64,000 bases of DNA from Patescibacteria group bacterium (GTDB lineage Bacteria; Patescibacteriota; Gracilibacteria; UBA1369; PNNO01): contig JBHPJE010000005.1 of the NCBI GenBank assembly GCA_042568205.1, positions 3,267-67,266 of the forward strand, given 5' to 3'. The notes under the pieces were generated by a model. It worked only from the letters and a program-made list of their open reading frames with translations, had not been told where the DNA came from and ran no database searches. The position numbers and the translations under genes were made by a program. Below are positions 54,801 through 63,500 of this stretch, piece after piece. Each line of letters opens with the position of its first letter. Within the stretch, counting starts at the first letter, position 1.

Positions 54801-56393
54801 GGTGCAGCGGACAGAGATACTAGTGGAAGTACAAATTTATACTATGCCGCACCTGGAACAGTGTTCTTAAAATGGCTAAATCCTTGGGCAAATCAAAATG
54901 ATGGAACGTTGGTTATAGATAATAACAACCAATACCAGGATGTTAATATGGACGGAAGTACAAATTTAACTGATGCAACGACTCTAAATAATATTTCTGA
55001 TAAATATCTTGGTGTTGAAAGTGTTCAAATTGATGGAAAGGCAACTTTACACTTACCAGGTAACAACTGTGCCGGCGGCACCTGTTCAGAAGTACAGCAA
55101 TGTTTACTAAGTGCTGGATCAACTTTATATTTAGACACTCCAGGTGAAATTTTATATAACAGAGATCATGGTAGTGGAACAGTAATAACTAATTTATCTC
55201 CAAATCAATGTATCGCAACTCCTGATCCTCCGGATACCTTATATATAAACAATCCAACAGGCGCACAATCAGCAATCAATGCTGAAGAAGGCGACCCTCT
55301 TGCAACTCTTGTAACGCTTGTTCCAAAATTCTCAGCGATTCATTACGACGGAAGGTTTGATAGTGATGGTACTGTAGCTGATACTGGATCAGAAGATCCT
55401 GCGGAGTACTATCAATTACAAATCTATAAAACTGATGGATCATATCCTACTAGTCCGCAATATTTATTTGATGAAAATGCAACTTACGAAATATGTGATA
55501 TAGATGTACAAGCTTTAAGTAATTCGCCAAGTGGTGAAGTAGCACATAGTGCAAGAATGGCAGATGAACAAGTGGATTATACAGCTTGCGGTCAATTCTT
55601 AAATACTACAGAAGGTGTATATTACTACAGAATGAGATTCCGAGAAGAAGATCCGGCAAATAGTCCGTATTGGGGGTTATGGAGTCAGACAAACCAATTT
55701 GAAATTGATGAAGGTGGAACAATAACTATTACTGACTGTCCAAGTGGAACTGACACAATTGATATTGGACCATTTGATACAATAACTGGATCTAATTTCT
55801 TTAAAGGTTATTGTGAATTAGAGGCTGATTCAACTGCTGCTATCGATATAAGTTTAGCTAAAAATCAATTACTCGAAAATACTGATACAGCTGGTGTATT
55901 CTTAAGAGACATGAACTCAGGTGATTTTGATGCAACACATGCAACTCCTTCACTCAGTGTGATGGATGGATATGATGATAATACAAATATTAGAAATGAG
56001 GTTGGATTCTTTATTTCAGATCTTCTAACACCTGCTTATTGGGATATACAACCAGAAGATGCTGGTGCTCCTCCTGATACAAACCATACATATGATGATT
56101 GGTGGACATATATTCCAACAACAACTCCTGAAGTTATAATGGATTCAGAACCGCAAGGCGGTATTGTACAAGAAACATTCAACTTCTGGATTGGAGCATT
56201 CTTACATGGCTTGGTGCCTAGTGATGCAGTTTTACCTGCAGATGTAGGAAAAATTCCACCTACAGGAACATGTAATGGTGCAACATTAGAAGATGGATGT
56301 GTAACATTAGGTGATGATGGAACTGGTGCTCCAGATGAAAATGCTTTCTATAATGCAATTGTTACTTTAACAGCGTCTCTTTCAAGTCCTTAA
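45897..56393 (+). CDS. Giant (3498 aa) surface protein with FTP/PepSY-like propeptide, M4/M36-like zinc metalloprotease and long beta-helix-like stalk
   Basis: N-terminal TM; FQQYKEALPVF and YEVFVNAIDGEI propeptide motifs; HEYTH (47871-47885) with MGEGLADYFA and HQDGQIFAGALW; G/N/T-rich repeats; GSGG..ANGG..GGGGR motifs. Confidence 0.88.
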   Translation: MGNSKNWLVARARNKQLIEKAKKVAAGGLISAVIIGPLIYFGAVAVPVELRNAKKTSDELVQDMAATPEIAIDIPATPEVKTSEKPIEFPEKKEKKEIKDPKVEFLLADLPVVKQQKEDVATGYSETVEDRFINTLKTEFRDEEKEVEIRTTKKEIEGQVETLVVMQNLDIEDGPRKVQKKEDADIVARATLRRYLQTNPKEADFDIYKDTSKLKNSKKQYQLVVDSIKTNNDKWYINFQQYKEALPVFDGNVKMIFTERKQLIALTDNLRTELPETTEFQISNISATESTKEIFDWDEQEDKIDFVNKGYYKNKPAFKVDVESHNPLGDYEVFVNAIDGEIENIGGDIRLADETGFTREELQPNGVLPYNPVTDIVDPIQYAVGERRPEDETQVFPTPEELELIQQANDVEAARAEAEMNGNIEIQRSEIFEKIIAPVYAEEVIEIPTQEVTGPSIEVLEEFAATSDVSATPDASATPEPSIVVLDTIFSRVLGKVYPQNPNQEPIITPLADAYVYYNSQQFTTDEDGYFENKDGDWYSVFLDGPYVTVYDDDASSNANIKDRTPEDPFIWDENSASLAATNAFYHANELHDYFVELHDYDVNKKIPITVNSELVDQYLNGCGAWFDNSDKSVEMGRGGTDACPEDLNYALSSDFIYHEYTHFIVEEITHLPNIAGSEAAAMGEGLADYFAASKNNDSIWGDVVAPNSTRNLKNTLQYGVDMTGESHQDGQIFAGALWDLRTLIGPINTDKLVFNTLYQDRLHFETFMYGLLIEDDDNNDFSDGTPHMLEIIAAFENHGIGPGILNFEGLPVDPEAWTDLVGEEAPVGEEAGVLNALYNTSGTTCGSYDNGTTIWIDANVKCYWVGSGTRSLIYLSNGADLYIGGNPAETEAVLKASGTLTTTGDVSVYGTSAYSTIQIGWYGTYYGRLTVGDELQLINGGEVDVGYDGGSAANVNTYLHVTGSTQIYKTAATYTSNCHVDIWNDASSDNNFGDLFVGRSDTSSSQYGNQSYVYVNGSNPGRVNMDSFRLDNGGYVNTYGYFTSNGASDILNGAWMRVHDSAGYFYNNGYALYVWDDSYFYNDDYVHSGIIWDLRDTARIITSSTGSTNGQSATFGNSSWLDLNGGSFNLVGTATFNTSAYADLDGGTFNPGTATFNNSTYVDVNGSAYFSPGTANFNTSAEMRHRAVGTASDGNVTMNNNSLWYHYGGTSSIGNFNMNDTSIMYAHGGTITATSFYLSDSSRLDKTYYDATHTGNGAITATNITLTETSRVTHARTTGAVTVSGKLMITNDAYYTQSAGTVNVTGAAGTEVLGTTYTSQSGMLQVGGGNFNSTDITCYENGWIDQNGGTITTSGTLDIQSNACLYDNDIGTGTFNSINMTNNSEIQNDGTINVKAGGVYMEDTSLLTNNYNTSGSAYIYMNEPTVGHNSFWTVRESADVENRTGGYITAQTGATSGDHLAVYDTATFTNRGDVIFHDGFIGLDGGGDADQLGGTFVNEYINGPGYVDFYGDLQITQGAFVNKSDRPASYGAYIRGNVDITGYYSSFCDISVLQNQGHMRVLGDVTMGTHTDSPSYSCSRVHTLDTASLTDNELYVDGSLTATEDYSEIYGTGGLNVRETLSMTALNSYIDIQSATQFETTVIDYYFKTANFYVGDTLNIGGYLVKLVAQTDLGGGTGTITIEHYPTYTFAHNATITGNYAGSANINEPTGVTYGGFSFNSGHLYVGDDLIINGTGGSAPYMENEGTVAIGGAGSITTSLQLNGNSTILNKEDQLLTAAYSSQSGNFTLGETVTGVTSGITAAVAWDYDNGSDGLLLLDDPTGDFLAGEFISGSVSGYAKLSLAPVQSYSDAVITVDTAWPTVATHGQFQIYNNAAVTNNGTINANRILVGNGSTVGGAWTNATKGDTNVTYSGTGTAMYCYRAACAHNSDATDLTIAGNLSIQGVSLDPMNFYSDQTASAVGVTIYNYGNLHVDNESTFTSTGTNYIYDDFTATPANDGFLTIYVDSTFDAATANMNLGQSGLLTGGKISNSGLFKINNLYMNESSELNNYINGAVYSYNLIELTQDYSTNDYIRQFNNYGYVDAVDVHVYGDNAWIDNENAANAAFIASGDLVIDGGEFTNIDGNLGVDISGDTYVFHEGSATYTDGELLNYDDFTTGKLYVGCSTIAATCAYTGAGGYVKNGLFNTDEGTITVTSTSGIEDMYIYRGGDSPATTGLVYNDWGTLSVGDATGGQMVLQGDNTFAAPGVYDEAILQNSSITPTPQVNANEIYLLSAAEVHNAGDLNISDKLWTENTLIFKNIYNYGPGDIDITGDGNLWLYQNSYLENYSGGDIDTTGTLKIFADTLTSTVDNHGHMEVAEIWNGDEAEYYGGTFNNESGADFSATSTVNDAGNIFGGDIYQKNGSNTFDIAGRLTTYSDSSTNKGNVFQAAGSGKISLGELYIDEDGYYEVNGLTTDPGTHIVDTTTTGNLKLSGFFGDPATLQINGSQVEVDGTTGVHQVSNIDNDAIMASGDGGFIAHGLATVYDLGSITSDETSTFMFNDGLTVDDGLASIWDNMQVTGDFNIINDGQAQLGYDGVILDNVGVVVVTGNIALDNTGITNNLLTNYSQVLVGLSVHIGGASGNTATLDHIGFSDGVLASNLLVSDNMDVYTTGTLTSDGYIAILDNMLVDPGGTADLNDDASDTFCETYVGFDGTGDLTINQDATNIGKLTVNCTRTSGAITELLVFGTSRVYGELELNSAMGTIDMVVGESGTSYPTLGLVTHRFLTYITGDNAPTIVFLLGIVNDLTVNIEGEINVSELVNEESSGSGRPRGGTFGGKGTYSSGVTGVVEHGLVEVNSQNYGRAGVDPERDLAYGGGKIEIDIFGRATVNGNILANGMDGDANTTPPGSPGTPGDAAGSGGSIILNIAESLSGSGDISANGGDSPDTSAAGTPLAESGGGGRVYIEYYDNSGYSGTASAYGGAADRDTSGSTNLYYAAPGTVFLKWLNPWANQNDGTLVIDNNNQYQDVNMDGSTNLTDATTLNNISDKYLGVESVQIDGKATLHLPGNNCAGGTCSEVQQCLLSAGSTLYLDTPGEILYNRDHGSGTVITNLSPNQCIATPDPPDTLYINNPTGAQSAINAEEGDPLATLVTLVPKFSAIHYDGRFDSDGTVADTGSEDPAEYYQLQIYKTDGSYPTSPQYLFDENATYEICDIDVQALSNSPSGEVAHSARMADEQVDYTACGQFLNTTEGVYYYRMRFREEDPANSPYWGLWSQTNQFEIDEGGTITITDCPSGTDTIDIGPFDTITGSNFFKGYCELEADSTAAIDISLAKNQLLENTDTAGVFLRDMNSGDFDATHATPSLSVMDGYDDNTNIRNEVGFFISDLLTPAYWDIQPEDAGAPPDTNHTYDDWWTYIPTTTPEVIMDSEPQGGIVQETFNFWIGAFLHGLVPSDAVLPADVGKIPPTGTCNGATLEDGCVTLGDDGTGAPDENAFYNAIVTLTASLSSP

Positions 56394-56400
56394 AATAAAT

Positions 56401-59400
56401 ATGAAAAAAACAAAAACAAAAAAATTCAGATTAAATAAAAATATACTATCACTAGTAGTAATCTTAGCTTCGTTAATAATTGGAACGCTTACTGTTAATG
56501 CCGTAGCTGATATTACTACTGAGGTTGAATTTGAAGAAAAAGAATGTGTTTGGTCGGATGGCGAAGGAACTGAGCTTTATGTTACAGCTGGTAAAACTTG
56601 TGTGATTTCTGGTACTGGTGCAACTGCTGCTGATGATACGGGCTGGACTGATTACGCAATAATTGTTTACCCAGGTGGAACTCTGCAAATAGGAGACGGT
56701 ACTGCGGCAGCTGACCTTGCAGCTGATGGAAAGGTCTTAGTAATGGGAACTCTTCAAATTGGTTTTGGAGATGTTTATGATTCTACTTTTGCAACAATAA
56801 ATAGTGGAAATTTAGAAATTACAGGAGACTCAGATGCAACCGTTACTGTACCGAATAATTCAGGCGCAGCAAATAAAATAAGCATTTCCGGAACTGTTGA
56901 TATTGGTGATACAACTTATTATTCAACTCCTGCAACATCAACTCCACTTTTAGATATTCATGATAATGCGGGTAGTGCTCTTGGATTTACAACAAATTAC
57001 GGACATTTGATAGTTGAAGACAATACCACGGTTGATATTGCAAGTCTTGAGCTTATGGATGTTTCAGGTGGAAAATCAAACACCATGATTCAAAATGGAT
57101 CTACAATAAATATCTCTTCTTATGCTGGTACACCTGCGACTTCTTTAGCTATTGGTCGCCAGGCTTCTGGCGGACAAGCTTTAGTGGAAGTATTTGGAAT
57201 ATTAAATGTAGCTAATTACGGAATTATAAACGATGTTAGTGTAATAGTAGGAGATCAAAATTCAAATAGTAGTTTATTGATACGGGATGGTGGTCTTGTT
57301 AATATTGATAGCACAACAAACGGTTATATTGGCGATATGCCTGATAATTCAATAGACGTGCGAAGTCCTGATCCTTATGGATTAATTGTTGAAGGAACAT
57401 TAAATACGGACATGGCTTTATATAATAATGGTGGATTTGTAACAGTTGATAGTGGTCTTGGTACTGCTATTTTAAATGTTGGTAGTGGAACAGTTGATGA
57501 AAATTATATACAATCTTCAGCTTTATATATTGCCAATGGAGATACAATGACAATTTGGGGTACTGCTGATATTGATGGTATTGCATATATTGCAGGAAAC
57601 TTAGAAGTTAAAGAATGTACAAAAATCCGAAACGCTTCCGGTGAATCCTTTGAAGTTGCATCAACTGGTGTATTTCAGACAAATACTGACAGTGTTGGTT
57701 GTGATCTTACAAACACAGAGGCAAATGATGGATTAAATGTTCAGGGTACTGATACTGCAGTCAGCATTTTTAACAATGCAGATGTTGATGTTGAAGATGA
57801 TTTTAGAGTAACAGACGAAGGAAATGTTGATTCTAACGGATTTATGACAATAAACGGTAACATTTATATATTAAATGATGGTGTTGTTTCGTTCTCAGAC
57901 GCTGGCGATGCATATACTGCAATTGATTTAGTTGTTGAACCTGAATCTAGTGGTGCTGGAGACGCAACACTAACCATTGAAGGCGGTGGTGAACTGCAAT
58001 TGTCAGGGGCTGTTAAAATCGGAACAACTGCCACATCTACAGGTGATGCGACTGTAATTGTAAATGGAACTCTTACAACCGCAGGATCGCCTAATGCTAG
58101 TGATTTCAAAGTAGGTAGATATGGAACTTTAGATATTAATGGAGATGCTGGTCAAGAAGGTGTTGTAAGTCACAATGCAATTGGTCCAGGTATATTCCAT
58201 ATCGATGGTGGAGTAGTAATAATTTCTGGAACCAGTGCATTAAATGATGGAGATTTAAATATTACAGACCAAGAATTACAAATGGATAACGATACTTCAA
58301 CTGCCGCTCTAACTGTTCAACAATATGGTGCAGTAAATAGTACTGCAACCCCTTCTTCAGGACTCGGCTTTGATTATGATGACGGAATACTTCAAATCGA
58401 TTATCTGGGTGAAGCAACTTTTGATGACACAGTAGATATTGATACTACTGGTAATATGTATATTAATGGTCTCCTTAAAGGAACTGACTATGTATACATA
58501 GGTTGTACTGGTACAACATGTAAAGTTGGGCCTTCAGGTGAAGTTGAAGTTGTCGACAGTGCTACTGATGGCTCTTTAATAACTGTTGAAAGATCATTTG
58601 ATTTATTAGGAATGTTAAATGGAGATGGTGGTGCTGGAGATATTTTAATTGATGATACCAATACTCCAACAGTTAGTAGTCAGGGTGGTGCCACTGAAAA
58701 TTCTTATGCTTATATGCTTGCACAAAATCTCGATCTTGAGGCAGGTGCAACAATAGATGTTTCAAATTTCCAAAATTGTTACGTCGAAACTGGGGCGACT
58801 TATGGTGGTAGTTATGGTGGTCAAGGACAAGGTCCTGCTGGTCCAACTACTTCAACTTTTGGTGAAATATTTGCGATATTCAATCCAGTCTACTCTGGGA
58901 CCCCATTACCTGTAGGAATGTGCGGATTTACAAGTGCTTCTGAGGATGTCAATAAAAACGGTGGTGGTTCTATATTTATAGAAGTAGAAAAAGATATAAC
59001 AATTAATGGAGATATCCTTGCAAATGGTGTAAATGCTGTAGATGGAGATACAGGTGCTGGTTCTGGTGGTTTAATTGTAATTTGGCATCAAGCTGGTCAT
59101 GTTGATACAGATGCAAATTTTGCAGGAAGCGGAACAATTCAGGCTAATGGTGGTGATGGTGCTGTCGCGAGTAGTTATGCTGGTGGTGGCGGAAGAATAG
59201 TAATAGGATCAATCTTATTTGAAGATCCGGATGATGAAAATCCAGGCCCAGGCTTCCCACATTATGAATTTGATGGAGTAGTAGAGGCCTTTGGTGGTTC
59301 GAATTTTGGTGCTGCTACATATGCGGCCTCAGGAACTATTGTTTATTTTGGTGATTTGAATCATGATTCCCCTACATTAATAGTTGATCAGGCAAATAGA

Positions 59401-60579
59401 ACTATTGGTGGAGGCGCAGAAACTGAATTACCATTAGGTTCTTATAAAGAATTTTCAAGAGTTGAAGCAAGAAAAGATGCACAAATTACATTCAATACTC
59501 CTCTGACACTTGCTCCTGTTAGTTGTTTTCAAGTAGGGGGAGGCAATGTTGATGAAAATGGACTCTTTACTTGTAGTGCAAATCCAGATAAACCTGACAC
59601 TCTATATATAAACAATTCTGTGGCACAAGCTCAAACAGGTGATGAGCCATGGACACGAACTGGAACAGGCGGACCAGGAACGTCTGTAGATGTTGCTGAT
59701 ATCGATCCTGTATTTAGTTTAATTGTTAGAAATCCTGAAGATGTATCTCAAGAATATACAAAGGTTGAATTCGAAGTTAATTCTGCTAATGATTTTGCCC
59801 CAGGAACAATGGTTTGGGAATTTGGAGACACAAACAATCCTTATACTTTAGATACACCTGTTAATAATGGTGATCGAACAGAAGATATTGAATACGCAGG
59901 TGATCCTTTAAGTACAGGAACTACATATTATGTTCGTGCACGATTCCTTAATCCAAACCTAGGAGATGCTCCTGGTTTATGGACTCACATGGATATGGGG
60001 AACGAATACAAATTTACAATCCTTTCAGCCTACTATGATATTGAAAACGCTTGTAGCGATGTGCTTACAATTACACAGGATGGACTTGGTGTAGATAATG
60101 TAAATATTGCGGATGGACAAAGATACGGATTTGGCGATTGTGAATTTACAATAAATTCAACAACTAATGGTAATTGGCAAGTTCAATACGGAATGGCACC
60201 TGGCGAAACTGATCTATCCGGAACTGCATATCCATTACAAACAATAACTCCAATTGATAATGCAGGTGGTGACTATACTATAAGTTCTGCAGGAATAGAT
60301 GATTTAGAAGAATATGGATTTAATATTGATTTAACTACGAGTGGACTAACTGGCTCAAATGTACCGGCAGACCTTGAAGACGCTGGTGAATTCTTTAACA
60401 CAAGTTCAATCTTTGATATAGAAGCAAACGGTTCAGAAGATCCGATTTTAGTAGATGTTTCTACGGCTCCTGTTAGTGACGACTTTGTCTTACAAGTTTT
60501 CTTACATGTCGCTGAGCAAACTTATGCTGACGACTATTTATTAGATACATGGATGATATTAACCCAAGGCGCACCATAA
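56401..60579 (+). CDS. Large (1392 aa) surface protein related to the C-terminal part of the 3498-aa protein
   Basis: Signal peptide; shared GAGSGG..ANGG..GGGGRI, PD.PDTLYINN, P.FS, Y..R.RF....GLW motifs. Confidence 0.88.
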   Translation: MKKTKTKKFRLNKNILSLVVILASLIIGTLTVNAVADITTEVEFEEKECVWSDGEGTELYVTAGKTCVISGTGATAADDTGWTDYAIIVYPGGTLQIGDGTAAADLAADGKVLVMGTLQIGFGDVYDSTFATINSGNLEITGDSDATVTVPNNSGAANKISISGTVDIGDTTYYSTPATSTPLLDIHDNAGSALGFTTNYGHLIVEDNTTVDIASLELMDVSGGKSNTMIQNGSTINISSYAGTPATSLAIGRQASGGQALVEVFGILNVANYGIINDVSVIVGDQNSNSSLLIRDGGLVNIDSTTNGYIGDMPDNSIDVRSPDPYGLIVEGTLNTDMALYNNGGFVTVDSGLGTAILNVGSGTVDENYIQSSALYIANGDTMTIWGTADIDGIAYIAGNLEVKECTKIRNASGESFEVASTGVFQTNTDSVGCDLTNTEANDGLNVQGTDTAVSIFNNADVDVEDDFRVTDEGNVDSNGFMTINGNIYILNDGVVSFSDAGDAYTAIDLVVEPESSGAGDATLTIEGGGELQLSGAVKIGTTATSTGDATVIVNGTLTTAGSPNASDFKVGRYGTLDINGDAGQEGVVSHNAIGPGIFHIDGGVVIISGTSALNDGDLNITDQELQMDNDTSTAALTVQQYGAVNSTATPSSGLGFDYDDGILQIDYLGEATFDDTVDIDTTGNMYINGLLKGTDYVYIGCTGTTCKVGPSGEVEVVDSATDGSLITVERSFDLLGMLNGDGGAGDILIDDTNTPTVSSQGGATENSYAYMLAQNLDLEAGATIDVSNFQNCYVETGATYGGSYGGQGQGPAGPTTSTFGEIFAIFNPVYSGTPLPVGMCGFTSASEDVNKNGGGSIFIEVEKDITINGDILANGVNAVDGDTGAGSGGLIVIWHQAGHVDTDANFAGSGTIQANGGDGAVASSYAGGGGRIVIGSILFEDPDDENPGPGFPHYEFDGVVEAFGGSNFGAATYAASGTIVYFGDLNHDSPTLIVDQANRTIGGGAETELPLGSYKEFSRVEARKDAQITFNTPLTLAPVSCFQVGGGNVDENGLFTCSANPDKPDTLYINNSVAQAQTGDEPWTRTGTGGPGTSVDVADIDPVFSLIVRNPEDVSQEYTKVEFEVNSANDFAPGTMVWEFGDTNNPYTLDTPVNNGDRTEDIEYAGDPLSTGTTYYVRARFLNPNLGDAPGLWTHMDMGNEYKFTILSAYYDIENACSDVLTITQDGLGVDNVNIADGQRYGFGDCEFTINSTTNGNWQVQYGMAPGETDLSGTAYPLQTITPIDNAGGDYTISSAGIDDLEEYGFNIDLTTSGLTGSNVPADLEDAGEFFNTSSIFDIEANGSEDPILVDVSTAPVSDDFVLQVFLHVAEQTYADDYLLDTWMILTQGAP

Positions 60580-60580
60580 T

Positions 60581-63500
60581 ATGAAAAACCAAATGACTAA
60601 AATTTGGGTAAACAGAGAAGTTCGTCCGCCTAAAGCGGACTCACGCTTAGCTCGCGATAAGTTTTCGCTCGCTGGAGTCTCGCTTATGCTCGTCTCTGCT
60701 GGAATTTTGCTCCTAAGCATTAGCACTCTGGCTATGTTTATTCCTAGTGCTGTGGCGCAAGATGCTAGTAATGTTCAAATTGATGCAACTGTTGAAGATG
60801 GTTGTAGCTGGTCTGCAAGTGGGCAAGTCTTCCCTCTTCCAGAATTTAATTTGGATGTTTGGGATGATGAAATTTGTGTAATTAGAGGACTTGGACGAGA
60901 AGTATATGAAGTTAATGTGCATGAAGATGGTGTGATTGAACTTGGTGGCGGATCAGTTGGTGGACAGGCTGGTGGTAGATTAATCATTGGTTCTCAAACC
61001 TTAAATGAAGATACTGTCTTCACAATGTACGGACCTATGTACTTCGATGGAATTGTTGAAGTTGGGAATGGTACGGGTCATGATAATTATGCAACATTAG
61101 CAACTGATGCTGTTAATTTTAATAATGTAAATATTTCCTCGACTTCTTTAAGAAGCGACGGAACTCTCACTGTTATTGAAAACACTACAGCAGGTGCTCA
61201 CAATACTATAAATTTTGATAATTCGCAGGTATTTGTGGGCAATACAATAGGCGGAACAACCGGAATCTTTACTCACGATGACGACTCTACAACAAGCTCT
61301 ATTTATAGAAGCAGGGTAGAAGGTGGCGCTTTTAATAACTTGCAGGGAACATTAACTTCTAACCAGGAAATTGATATTAATGGAAGTTCTACTTTTAATA
61401 ATGATGGTATTTTGACAATTACTAATGGTAACTTTCGACTCAGCGATACTTCAAGTGGTACTAATGGCGATCCTGGAGTAATTAATCTAACAAATGGTAA
61501 CTTCCGAAATGGTGATTCTACTACAAACCCTACCTTCAACAATTCTGGAGATATTTATCAGCCAAATGGAGATTGGTTTGAAATTCAGGGTGACTTCACA
61601 AACACAAGTACTGGAACAGTAACTGCTCAAAACATTGTACAAATGGCAAATTCAGACGTTGTTAACTATGGAGCTTTTACAGCAACTACAGGCGGAACAA
61701 CTGGGATATATGCTTTATATGACGATGATGGCGATGGAAATATTTCGACATTTGAAAATAATAATGGTGCTACATTTACAGCTGATAATTTCTGGGTAGT
61801 TGCTGGAAATTATAACAGCACAACTAAGCCAGTCTTTAATAATAATGTCGGCGGGACTATAACTGCTGACAATATCAACTTAGGATTTTTCGATGCAGGT
61901 GTAACTGAACTTGGTGCTCCGGGATTCTGGGGTGGAATCTTAAATAATTACGATGCAATAACAGTTTCTGGTTCAACAGGAATGGAAGTTTATAGAGGAG
62001 GTAAGTTTAATAATGAATCAACCGGAACAATTGATATACAGGCAGGGCCTTTAACAATGGGAACGGATTTTGACAACTCAACGCCAGGAGATGTTACAGA
62101 TGATGGCATGTGTTTATCTTCAGGTGATGCAGATAATTGTACAGTGACTAATGATAATACAACTGACCCTGGAAGCCCACCTCCACCAGAATCTCCATTT
62201 AAAGTTTATCAGGATGTAAATATGTATGGATATTCATATCTTGATAATGATGGTGAAATGCGAATTAGTACAGATGCAGCATCAGACAATTTTGATATCC
62301 ATGCAAATAATGCAAATATCTCAAATGGATTGGTTAATGGATTAAACAGTACAATTCACTTGGAAGGTGGAGATGAAACTTTTGATTTTGATGTAGCTGT
62401 GGATAATGATGGTGAGATTATTGGTTCAGGTCCAATTTACTTTAACGACACTGCTTCACTTGATAATGCAAGTGGTGCAGTATTAACAAATAATACAGGT
62501 GGTGGTGGGAGCATAATTATTGATGGTAGTGATGCTCATGTTACCAATGCTGGAACCGTTACACTTTCAAATTTATTACAAATTTTAGATGATGGATATT
62601 ATGAACAATCAGGTGCAGGTAGTAGCGTTTCAGGTACACTTTTATACTTAGACGATGTAACTGCCCCTGTTTCTCCATACTTCACAATGACTGATGGTAC
62701 AGCGACGTTTACTGGCGAGGTTAGAGTATACGAAGGCAGTACGATTAATGTGACAGGCGCAACCGACGCAACTTTCACAGGTGCAACTTTATATCTTGGT
62801 GTAGTCTCTTCAACAAATGGTGGTGTTTTCAATATTGACCAAACAGGTTCAGCCTCATTTACAGGAGCTGCTGCCAATAATGTATATCAAGGAACATTAG
62901 ACATTAAATCATCAAACACAGCTACTACACCTTTATCAATTACATACGATTTATTTATAGATGGTGATGTTAGTGAACAAGGTGTTGTTAATCATTATGG
63001 TTCAGGAACAGTATCAGCGCTGAGACTAACCCGAGTTTACGGATATGGAGAATTAAATATCGACAACGGGACATGGAATCAAAATAACCAAAACTTTTAT
63101 GTATATGCTGACGTTGATCCATATGAGGGGTCTGAGGATCCAAACGATCCTTTAGAAGCTCATTACGATAATGACAGTTACGGAAAAATAAATATTGGAT
63201 CTAATGGAACTCTTTATAATTTGAATACAATTTTAATAGGTGAGTCCGGTACCAGAGGTGGAAGTATAACAAATGCTGGGACTATTAGCACACCAGCTTC
63301 TGATATTATATATTTGTATAATGGAGGAAAACTCGACAATTCAGGAACAATTAATATAGGAATTTCAGGTGGTAACCTTAGGCTTCGTGTTAATGAAGGC
63401 TTTAATAGAAAAAGTTATGTAATAAACAGACCTAGCGGTTCTATTACTACTCAATATTTATATTCTGATCACAACTCTCACATTATAGATAACTTAGGAT

